A stretch of DNA of 64,000 nucleotides. Origin: Candidatus Latescibacterota bacterium. Lineage in GTDB: Bacteria; Latescibacterota; UBA2968; UBA8231. The notes beneath the pieces are model-generated. The model had not been told where the DNA came from, did no database searches, and saw only the letters and a list, made by a program, of their open reading frames with translations. The stretch covers positions 4,928,001-4,992,000 of the forward strand of contig OZ241867.1 in the NCBI GenBank assembly GCA_965203175.1. The letters run 5' to 3'. Shown piece by piece: positions 56,143 to 64,000 of this stretch. A program made the position numbers and the translations under genes. Numbering within the stretch: the stretch's first letter is position 1; each line of letters opens with the position of its first letter.

Positions 56143-59100
56143 CTACGACTTCTTCGGTCGGCGCAACCCGTACTTCCTCATGCGATAGCGCAGCTTCTCT
56201 GGGCTCATCCCCAACAAATGCGCCGCACCCCGCTCGCCGTATATCATCCAGTTAGTCGCTTGCAGAGCCTCCACAAGCTGCTGCTTTTCATCCAAGCCTT
56301 CGCCAGCCGCTGGCGCGGGTGGCCCTGCATCTCCAGACCGCCGCGCAACCGACGGCAGCAGCAAATCACCAACGCGTATCACCCCACCCTCGCACAGCAA
56401 CACCGCCCGATGGATCAGGTGCTCCAACTCGCGCACATTCCCCGGCCAAGCATACCCCTGCAAGTGCGCGACCACCCCCTCGTCTAAGGTCGGTGCCGGA
56501 CGTCGCAGATGCTGGGCATACCGCTCGGCAAAATGTGCCGCCAAAGCCGGGATATCCTCTTGCCGCTGACGCAGAGGTGGAAGCTCTAGCGTGAAGACAC
56601 TCAGACGGTAGAACAGGTCTTCGCGGAACGTGCCCTCTTGGATGGCCTGTCGCAAGTCGCGGTTCGTCGCCGCGATGACCCGCACATCCACGCGCACAGG
56701 CTGCTCGCCGCCGACGCGGGTCAAGGCATTCTCCTCTAAGATGTGCAGCAGCACCCGCTGAGACTCCAACGGCAAATCGCCGATCTCGTCCAGAAAGAGG
56801 GTGCCGCCATCGGCCAGTTCAAAGCGGCCGAGTTGACGGCTCGCCGCCCCGGTAAAAGCCCCCTTCTCGTGGCCGAATAACTCGCTTTCGATCAACCCAG
56901 CCGGCAGTGCCCCGCAATTGACTTGGATGAAAGGCCGCTTGCGGCGAGTGCTTGTCTCGTGGATGGTCTGCGCCAATAAGCCCTTGCCCGTGCCGGTCTC
57001 GCCCAGCACCAGCACAGTCATCGCCGTCTCAGCGACGAGCACGGTCTGCTCCATCACTTGGCGCATCGCCCAACTCTCGCTATGTACGACGTGGTCGGCC
57101 GCACGCAGAAAGTTTTCAAAAGCGTGGATGCGTTCGGTTTTAGCGTCGGGGAGGATCTGAATCTCCAGGCTGGCGACCTCCGACAGCAAACCATCGCGGT
57201 CCATCGTCCTCACCTCAAAGTGGTACTCGCCCACCGGCAGGGAGCTATACACGACCTCATCGGCGACCGTAAACGCACTCCACTGTTCCGTCGGATCGTG
57301 CCCTAACAGCCGGTGGCTGTAGCGCATCTGTCCCGCGCCGGTGCGGAAACTGATGCCTTGGAAGTGAATGCGGATTTCCGGGGTGCTTTCTGGGCAGGAT
57401 ACAGCTTCGGGCGCGGTCAAGAGGGTGCCGGCCATGACCTCGCGGATGACCAAGCGCGGCGGCGTGTGTCCCGGCTGGTAGGCAACCAGCCCCGCCCGCG
57501 TGCCAAACCACAGCCGACCGCGCCGGTCGCACAGGACGGCTTCGACCATGTTGTCGAGGGCAGACGGCCCCAAGCGGATGCTTTGGAAGGTCTCGCCATC
57601 GTAGCGAAGGACGCCGCCGCCGCTGGTGCCCATCCAAATATGGCCCTCCGAGTCGGCCGTCAGCGCCAAGATGCCATTGGCTGACAGCCCAAACTGTTCG
57701 GCGGTAAAGTGGCGCACCTTCCGCGATGAGAGATCAAGGGCGAACAATCCCTTAGCCGTACCCACCCACAGGGTGTTTTGGTGCTCCCATAAGATGTTGA
57801 CATAGGCGATGGACTCCGCTTCGGCCATATCCGCTGGGCGCAAGCGATCATCCTCGTAACAGTAGAGTGCCGGGACTTCTCCGTATAAACCCATCCAGAG
57901 TACACCGTCTCGGTCTTGCAACAACGATCCGACCCAGAATACCCTGTCTTGATCTTGCAGCAAGGTGCCACATTCATCAAGGGGAATAAAGTGATTTTCC
58001 CCTATCCAGCCGAAGCGACCGGTGGACGTACCGACCCAGATACGCCCTTGTCCATCTCCGCATAGCCCAGTGATTGTTTCTGGATGGGTCTCTTCGGCCA
58101 CGGAGATCGCTTGTGGCGTTTGGCCCTCCCACTTGTACACCTTGCCCGTATCCCCGCTACTCCAGACCTGTCCCTGGCCATCCACCACCATCGCCCAGAC
58201 GGTTTCCCCCGTCTTGACCGGACGGACTTGCCCTTCTTCCATATAGGCCATGCCCCCCATCGTGCCAATCCACATCCGACCCTCATGGTCTTCTCCCAAG
58301 TGGCGAATCTCGCGGTCGGGCAGGCCATCGGCTTCCGTGTAGCGACGGATGCTAGTCGGGTCACAAAAAATCAGTCCACCACCCCAAAGTCCAATCCAGA
58401 TATTGCCCTCGCGGTCTTCGTACGTCAGACGCGTAAGCGAAAAGTCAATATCTGGCAAAGAAGCAGAAAAGGACTGCCACTCCTGCCCGTCGTGTACCAT
58501 CACGCCTCGGTGGGTCAGCCAGAGCCAGCCCCTCTCGTCAGTCCGCACGTGCCGCGTCCCGCTCTGCGCCACTCCTTCGTCGCCCTTGCCCGCATTAATG
58601 CACGCAACCTGTTGGTCCCGTGGATCATAGCGGCCGATCAAGACTTCGCTACTTGAGTAACCGAAGGCGATCCACAGATGGCCGGAGGAGTCTTGGGCAA
58701 ATTTCCAAGGCCATTGGCCCGCCTCCTCGCCGATACCCATACCCATATACCGCCCATCCAAGCTGAGGACGCCTTGACCCACCGTCGCCAGCCAAGTAGT
58801 ACCACTCGCGTCAGTAGCCATGTCGTACACGCGCCCCAACGGTTGGCCGCCAACATCGGTTATACTCCTTATGCAGCGGCCCTCGGCAAACCAAGCCACG
58901 CCCGCGCCCGTCAACGCCAAAATCGAGCCGTCCGGCTGAGCTTGCAGGCCCACAATCTCATTGGAAGGTAGGCCGTGCTCAGTGGTGTACACCTGAAAAT
59001 CGCGCCCGTCATAGGCGGCAATCCCACCGCCGAACGTGCCGAACAAAAGCCGACCGTCCGCGTCTTCGGCAATGGCCATGACCGTCAGATTGGGCAGACC

Positions 59101-59280
59101 GTCCTTGAGGCTAAACGTATCGAACCGGGCACTGTCGAACCGGCTGACGCCCCCGTCGGCCGTGGCGACCCAGAGAAAACCCTGGCGATCTTGGTAGATG
59201 TCTTCCACGTGCATCCCAGCCAGCCCATCAAAAACAGTGTACTGATTGCTCAACACGTGCTCAAAGGATAGGTCGCTCAT
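56143..59280 (-). CDS. Sigma54 enhancer-binding protein with beta-propeller + Y_Y_Y sensor, paralogue R2
   Basis: Colinear with R1; intact GAFTGA, Walker A/B and HTH. Confidence 0.93.
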   Translation of the reverse strand: MSDLSFEHVLSNQYTVFDGLAGMHVEDIYQDRQGFLWVATADGGVSRFDSARFDTFSLKDGLPNLTVMAIAEDADGRLLFGTFGGGIAAYDGRDFQVYTTEHGLPSNEIVGLQAQPDGSILALTGAGVAWFAEGRCIRSITDVGGQPLGRVYDMATDASGTTWLATVGQGVLSLDGRYMGMGIGEEAGQWPWKFAQDSSGHLWIAFGYSSSEVLIGRYDPRDQQVACINAGKGDEGVAQSGTRHVRTDERGWLWLTHRGVMVHDGQEWQSFSASLPDIDFSLTRLTYEDREGNIWIGLWGGGLIFCDPTSIRRYTEADGLPDREIRHLGEDHEGRMWIGTMGGMAYMEEGQVRPVKTGETVWAMVVDGQGQVWSSGDTGKVYKWEGQTPQAISVAEETHPETITGLCGDGQGRIWVGTSTGRFGWIGENHFIPLDECGTLLQDQDRVFWVGSLLQDRDGVLWMGLYGEVPALYCYEDDRLRPADMAEAESIAYVNILWEHQNTLWVGTAKGLFALDLSSRKVRHFTAEQFGLSANGILALTADSEGHIWMGTSGGGVLRYDGETFQSIRLGPSALDNMVEAVLCDRRGRLWFGTRAGLVAYQPGHTPPRLVIREVMAGTLLTAPEAVSCPESTPEIRIHFQGISFRTGAGQMRYSHRLLGHDPTEQWSAFTVADEVVYSSLPVGEYHFEVRTMDRDGLLSEVASLEIQILPDAKTERIHAFENFLRAADHVVHSESWAMRQVMEQTVLVAETAMTVLVLGETGTGKGLLAQTIHETSTRRKRPFIQVNCGALPAGLIESELFGHEKGAFTGAASRQLGRFELADGGTLFLDEIGDLPLESQRVLLHILEENALTRVGGEQPVRVDVRVIAATNRDLRQAIQEGTFREDLFYRLSVFTLELPPLRQRQEDIPALAAHFAERYAQHLRRPAPTLDEGVVAHLQGYAWPGNVRELEHLIHRAVLLCEGGVIRVGDLLLPSVARRSGDAGPPAPAAGEGLDEKQQLVEALQATNWMIYGERGAAHLLGMSPEKLRYRMRKYGLRRPKKS

Positions 59281-59318
59281 ACTCGCCTTTCCGACGATTG
59301 GGAGGTTTTTAATACATA

Positions 59319-59370
59319 CGACATCCTAAACCTGATCCTAGGCTGAGGTTGCCTCAAGTTGAATTTCACC
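59319..59370 (-). promoter_or_regulatory. Conserved upstream element of R2
   Basis: Near-copy of 49529-49580. Confidence 0.65.
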
Positions 59371-59396
59371 GGACGAATATGCTTCTTTATTATCCC

Positions 59397-60326
59397 ATGC
59401 AGTCCACTTCTTCTCCATCCTCGCCCCTCTTCCCCGGGTTTACCAAACACCGCCTCTCTCTCGCCGACCAAGTCGAAATGGCGTATATCGACAATGGCGG
59501 TAGCGGCGACCAACCCCCCTTAGTTCTGCTGCACGGCATCTTTGACAACAAGGCCACGTGGTTCCGCTTGGCCGCACGCCTGCCCGGCCACCGCATCATC
59601 GCACCCGACTTGATCGGCCACGGGCACAGCAGCAAGCCGACCTTTGCCGCACGCCCAGCGCACGAGCGCTACTCGCCGGACATGCAGGTCGGCTACCTCG
59701 CAGCCTTCATCGCCGCGCTGGATTCGGACGACGCAATCCTCGTGGGCAACTCGCTCGGCGGAGGCCTAGCCCTGCGCCTGTACCTCGACTTCCCTGCGCT
59801 CGCGACCAAAGTGCGCGGGCTGGTGCTCATCGACGCAGCCGGCTACCCGCACAAACTCCCCGTGCACGTGCGCACCCTCGGCAGCTATCCGGGCAAGCTG
59901 TTGACCTACGCTTCGGTCCACACCCTAGCGCGAACCTGCGGCCTGTTGCGCTTAGCCGCTTGGCGCACCTTCCGGCGCTGCTTCTACGACCGAGGCAAAA
60001 TCCCCCCCGAACTCGCAACGGTCGCCCGCGCCGCACTTGAGACGCCCAACGCCACGTATGCCTACCACTACTCCGCGCGGAACCTCATCCCCCCCGACAT
60101 AGCAACGTTCCACCAGCGCTTTGGCGACATCACCTGCCCGACCTTGGTCTTGTGGGGCCAGCAGGACCGCATCCTACCCGTGCGCTCGGCCCAGCTCTTC
60201 GCCGCTGCGCTGCCCCGCGCCGATCTACACGTCTTCCCCAATTGCGGACACGCGCCCCACCTCGAATACCCCGACGAGACAGCCGACTGCATAAAACGGT
60301 GGATAAAAGAGCGCGATATTGCATAA
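59397..60326 (+). CDS. Alpha/beta hydrolase (start uncertain; alternative 59478)
   Basis: LLHGI, PDLIGHGHS, GNSLGG, WGQQD, CGHAPHLE. Confidence 0.88.
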   Translation: MQSTSSPSSPLFPGFTKHRLSLADQVEMAYIDNGGSGDQPPLVLLHGIFDNKATWFRLAARLPGHRIIAPDLIGHGHSSKPTFAARPAHERYSPDMQVGYLAAFIAALDSDDAILVGNSLGGGLALRLYLDFPALATKVRGLVLIDAAGYPHKLPVHVRTLGSYPGKLLTYASVHTLARTCGLLRLAAWRTFRRCFYDRGKIPPELATVARAALETPNATYAYHYSARNLIPPDIATFHQRFGDITCPTLVLWGQQDRILPVRSAQLFAAALPRADLHVFPNCGHAPHLEYPDETADCIKRWIKERDIA

Positions 60327-60450
60327 GTACCTATATTTGAAGAAATAAAAATTTGCCCTCCCATTTTTTCCCTTCCCATAAATATGCCGGCAACTATTAT
60401 CTAGTACCGGCGTCTAAGCTACAGAAAACCTTTTGCCAAGGAGGGACAAC

Positions 60451-60660
60451 ATGCCACTCTATCGCCACGTAGAAGCTTCGGGAGGCCCAGACGATATCCT
60501 CGTGATTGAGGATCCGGGAATGCTCGGGCAGGACCAGCCTAGTTTCGAATTTATCGACTCGCGTACCATCAAGGCCCATCCCCTCATCATCGAGGCCCTA
60601 ATCGCTGACTCCGAGCGTTTGTGGACTCTCGAAGAAATACTCGCCGACGTAGAGGGATGA
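60451..60660 (+). CDS. Small hypothetical protein
   Basis: AAGGAGG RBS; 69 aa MPLYRHVEA... Confidence 0.55.
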   Translation: MPLYRHVEASGGPDDILVIEDPGMLGQDQPSFEFIDSRTIKAHPLIIEALIADSERLWTLEEILADVEG

Positions 60661-60844
60661 CGCGCTGCTCGCCCTAGCGCGTCACTTAGCAAAAAACACC
60701 TGTTAGTCCCTCCCCCCGACCTCTCCTTCTCTACGGCAAAAATTCAGTCCACCCCTAGCCATCTACGTTATTATAAGTAGGACGGCAATCTACGTTTGTA
60801 ATATATTGCCCTGCAGGATATCCACATCCAACGCATGAGGCCCC

Positions 60845-61060
60845 ATGAGTTCACCTGAGTTGCGCTTTGAGTGCCCCAAATGCCATCACACCTCCTGCGA
60901 GACCGGCGAAATCCGCGCCTCTGGCGGTTTTTGGTCCAAGATATTCGACGTGCAAAACCGCAAGCTGACAACCGTAACTTGTGAGCAGTGCCGCTACACC
61001 GAATTCTACGCAGCCGACAGCTCGCGCCTCGGCCACATCTTCGACCTCTTCACGGGATAG
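60845..61060 (+). CDS. Zinc-ribbon protein (DUF2082-like)
   Basis: CPKC...SKIFDVQNRK..VTCEQCRYTEFY. Confidence 0.85.
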   Translation: MSSPELRFECPKCHHTSCETGEIRASGGFWSKIFDVQNRKLTTVTCEQCRYTEFYAADSSRLGHIFDLFTG

Positions 61061-61069
61061 CGGCAGCGG

Positions 61070-62461
61070 TCAATTGTAATCCGGTCCACCGACCGGCCCC
61101 AGCAACGCGCGATTTTCCTCGGGCGTCTCCATTTCGTCGAGAAAGTCCGCCAAGGATTGCTGCATCCGCCGAGCTATCTCTGGATGCTCGCCGATCACAT
61201 TCGTCTGCTGCTGAGGGTCGGCCTGCATGTCGTACAGCTCGGGCGCACCGCCGTGCTCGCCATACGCCAAGTAAGTCCAGCGCTCGTCAGTCACCGTCGG
61301 CCCGCCATTGCGAATAAAGGTTGAACTGAAAGCGTACTGCCGCGGCCACGCGGCCAACCCGGCCAGCAGCGGCGCGAGCGAGTACCCGTGCACCGCGAGG
61401 TCGCTCTTTTCCACGCCAGCTAAAGCCAGCAGCGTCGGCAGCAAATCCACCGATTGCGTCAATGCGCTCACCCGCCGTCCGCCCACAACCTCGGGGGCGG
61501 CGATCATCAGCGGGATGTGGCTGATCTCTTCGTACAGGGGCCAGACGCGGTCGTCGTCGGGGTGGATGTTGGACTTGCCCGTACGATTGTGCTCGCCGAC
61601 GAACATGCCGTGATCCGAGGTAAAGATCACCACGCTGTTGTCGAATAGCCCGAGCTCTTCAATTTTGTCCAACACATAGCCGATCCACTTATTGACCAAG
61701 TAAACCTCAGCCGCGTAGTGCGCTTGGAGATTGGCCAGTTCCTCTTTGGTATAGGCGGTCGCTGGGCCGTAGTTGGGATGGATCATCGGCGAGCCGTCGT
61801 ACCCTGATGAGTCATAGCGGCCCACGAGATGTTCCGGCGGATCCCACGGCTCGTGCGCGTCGAAAAAATCCACCCACAGCAAAAACGGCTCGCAGCCGCG
61901 ATTTTCCTCCAGCCAGCGGCTCGCCGTCTGCGCCGTGCGCACGCAGAAGCGGTCTTCTTCCCAAGCCCAGTCGCGGTTGGTCCACGCGTGCAAAGTCGCC
62001 AAATTGCCAAAGCGCGACTGAGCCAAATGCGGATCGACGCGCGTCTTCGCCCCGTCAACCTCCATGCGCGGCGGCAGATTGCCCTTCAACAGCGGCTTGT
62101 CTCCTTCCTGCCCCCGAATCCAATATGCCCCGTCAAACCCCCGGTCAAAATGGTGGACGCCCTTCATCAGATGCGGCGTGTCGCAGATAAGCTGGCTGTG
62201 GTAGCCAACCGCGCCGAAAATCGTGCTCAGCACCGGGATGTCTGCGTCGAGAGGTTTCCAGCCGTGGAAGGGAAAACTGTAGCGGCCAGTAAAGAGATCA
62301 GTGCGGTTGGGAATGGTCGGAAAGCTCGACAAATAGTGCCGGTCGAAGCACACCGCCCGCTCGGCAAAGCGGTCGAGCGCCGCCGTGCCGATCCACGCAT
62401 TGCCGTTGCATCCCAAATAGTCGTAGCGAAAGGTGTCGCTGACCAATACGATGATGTTCAT
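61070..62461 (-). CDS. Sulfatase-like hydrolase (Thr at the nucleophile position)
   Basis: Start MNIIVLVSDTFR behind AAGGAG; PTIPNRTDLFTGR, FDAHEPWDPP, TSDHG. Confidence 0.88.
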   Translation of the reverse strand: MNIIVLVSDTFRYDYLGCNGNAWIGTAALDRFAERAVCFDRHYLSSFPTIPNRTDLFTGRYSFPFHGWKPLDADIPVLSTIFGAVGYHSQLICDTPHLMKGVHHFDRGFDGAYWIRGQEGDKPLLKGNLPPRMEVDGAKTRVDPHLAQSRFGNLATLHAWTNRDWAWEEDRFCVRTAQTASRWLEENRGCEPFLLWVDFFDAHEPWDPPEHLVGRYDSSGYDGSPMIHPNYGPATAYTKEELANLQAHYAAEVYLVNKWIGYVLDKIEELGLFDNSVVIFTSDHGMFVGEHNRTGKSNIHPDDDRVWPLYEEISHIPLMIAAPEVVGGRRVSALTQSVDLLPTLLALAGVEKSDLAVHGYSLAPLLAGLAAWPRQYAFSSTFIRNGGPTVTDERWTYLAYGEHGGAPELYDMQADPQQQTNVIGEHPEIARRMQQSLADFLDEMETPEENRALLGPVGGPDYN

Positions 62462-62501
62462 AGAAAATCTGCTCCTTGTGTTTACAATCTGCCGTGGCGC
62501 T

Positions 62502-63395
62502 TCACGACGACAGCGCGCGGCGCAACGCACCCTCCAATTCGGGATACGCAAACTCGAAACCCGCTTCCAATAGCCGCGTTGGTAGCACTCGCTGGCTAGC
62601 CAGCAATCCCTCCTCGGCCAACTCGCCCAAGAGCAGCTTGGCGGCAAACGCCGGCAGCGGCAACAGCGTCGGCCGCCGTAGCACGCGCCCCAACGTCCGC
62701 GTCAATTCGGCGTTAGTCACCTGCTGCGGTGCGGTCAGGTTCACCGGCCCGCGCAAGGCGTCGTTTTCCACCGCATAAACCAGCGCTGCTATCGCGTCTT
62801 CCAAGCTAATCCAACCAACGTACTGCCGCCCGTCGCCGATCTTGCCACCCACCCCCAAGCGGAAGGGCAACAGCATCTTGGCCAGCGCTCCGCCTCGGCG
62901 ACTGAGGACAATACCCAAGCGGGCCTGCACGACGCGGATACCAGCCTCAGATGCCACAGTACTCGCCCCCTCCCACGCTCGGCCCAACTCGGCCAAAAAC
63001 CCCTCGCCAGTGTCGCTTTCCTCGTCTAACTCCTCGTCGCGCCGATGGCCGTAAATGCCGATGGCCGACGCACAGACCAGCACCCTCGGCAGCGCAGCCA
63101 ATCCCGCCAAGCGCGTAGCGAGTAGCTGCGTCGTCTGCACCCTACTCTGGCGCAACTGCTCCTTGACGGCGGCAGTCCAGCGCCCGGCAGCTATGTTCCG
63201 GCCCCCTAAATGCACTGCCGCCTCTATTCCCTCTAGGGTCTCTTGCTCTAACTCGCCGGCTTCTGGATCCCAGCGCAACTCCCCTTGCGCCGGCTCCCGC
63301 CGCACCAAGCGCACTATCTCGTGCCCTTCGCGCTCCAACCGGCTACAGAGCGCCGTACCGATCAAGCCGCTACTGCCCGCTACCAATATTTTCAC
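62502..63395 (-). CDS. TIGR01777 family NAD-dependent epimerase-like protein (YfcH-like)
   Basis: AGSSGLIG, ASAIGIYG, GGKIGDGRQY, GPVNLTAP, SQRVLP. Confidence 0.92.
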   Translation of the reverse strand: MKILVAGSSGLIGTALCSRLEREGHEIVRLVRREPAQGELRWDPEAGELEQETLEGIEAAVHLGGRNIAAGRWTAAVKEQLRQSRVQTTQLLATRLAGLAALPRVLVCASAIGIYGHRRDEELDEESDTGEGFLAELGRAWEGASTVASEAGIRVVQARLGIVLSRRGGALAKMLLPFRLGVGGKIGDGRQYVGWISLEDAIAALVYAVENDALRGPVNLTAPQQVTNAELTRTLGRVLRRPTLLPLPAFAAKLLLGELAEEGLLASQRVLPTRLLEAGFEFAYPELEGALRRALSS

Positions 63396-63602
63396 CAGCC
63401 GATCTCCTTGGGAAAATCGAAGAATTAGTTGCTACTAAAACGCATTCTCGCATTCGACACAAGGCTGGCCTTGGGGCAGGTAGCGGCTCCACACTCGTGC
63501 GCTTGACCCGGTCTGTTCCCCTTGTTTTTCTCTTATAGAAACAAGCAGGCTGTCCCATTTGCCGGACCAACATCGGCCCCACTTTCACAGCAAGGATGCA
63601 TC

Positions 63603-64000
63603 ATGCCTGACGATTATGGAAGCACTACTGCAACTTGGGGCAACTCCACGGGACGCGTTTCTACCCGACATGGCAAACAAGCTAATGGCACAGCCTTTAA
63701 CGCAGCAGATTGGATCGGCCGGCTAGCAGCAGCACTTGAAGACGTTGCCGCGCAGGCGCGACCTGCTTTCCCCTTTTCACCAGAGACCCCACACTACGGC
63801 CCGCTAGACGAATACTGGCCGAGCATACACCAGCAATACCGAGATCTCGCCGCTCGCACAAAGCACGATCCCGACGCCGCGAAGCTCTTCGCAGAATCCC
63901 ACCTCTGGCTCAAGTCCGATCCTGCAGAAGCAAGAGCAATCCTGCGGGAGCATCCCTTGCTGCGACCGGGACTGATAGGTTTGAGCAAGCGCGAAGGGGT
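63603..64000 (+). CDS. Hypothetical protein, runs off window end
   Basis: AAGGA RBS, ATG at 63603, frame open to 64000 (MPDDYGST...WIGRLAAALED...). Confidence 0.55.
   Translation, partial: MPDDYGSTTATWGNSTGRVSTRHGKQANGTAFNAADWIGRLAAALEDVAAQARPAFPFSPETPHYGPLDEYWPSIHQQYRDLAARTKHDPDAAKLFAESHLWLKSDPAEARAILREHPLLRPGLIGLSKREG

Noticed and set aside
1-64000. tRNA, rRNA, tmRNA, RNase P or riboswitch genes
   Set aside because: No recognisable signatures by eye; a covariance-model scan would be needed to exclude them.

Overview
GC-rich bacterial window. The gene repertoire (FlgD-Ig-tailed secreted proteins, 'SWGRIK' C-terminal tails, many PhyH/sulfatase/enolase-superfamily enzymes) suggests a Latescibacterota/Poribacteria-like organism; this is inference only. 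There are three zones. (1) 1-8.7 kb is housekeeping: mrp(partial)-dnaJ-grpE-hrcA, glnA, hemC-cobA/hemD and an AIR-synthase-like gene. (2) 8.7-31.5 kb is an accessory patchwork of catabolic enzymes, TA modules, a HEPN-like gene, a MITE and an AT-rich orphan. It is bounded and subdivided by duplicated promoter and gene-start scars. (3) 38.2-59.3 kb is the standout: a ~21 kb, all-minus-strand, tandemly amplified sigma54 regulon. Two apparently cytoplasmic beta-propeller/Y_Y_Y-sensor enhancer-binding proteins each sit upstream of a CACGA-N4-TCGTG x3 array, a CTTTAGG-N5-CCTAAAG dyad and a -24/-12 promoter. These appear to drive five TolB/PD40-like and three FG-GAP/FlgD secreted paralogues with conserved frameworks and hypervariable loops, plus a repeat-containing TlpA-like redoxin and a STAS-like protein. 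All calls come from reading motifs by eye; no database searches were run.
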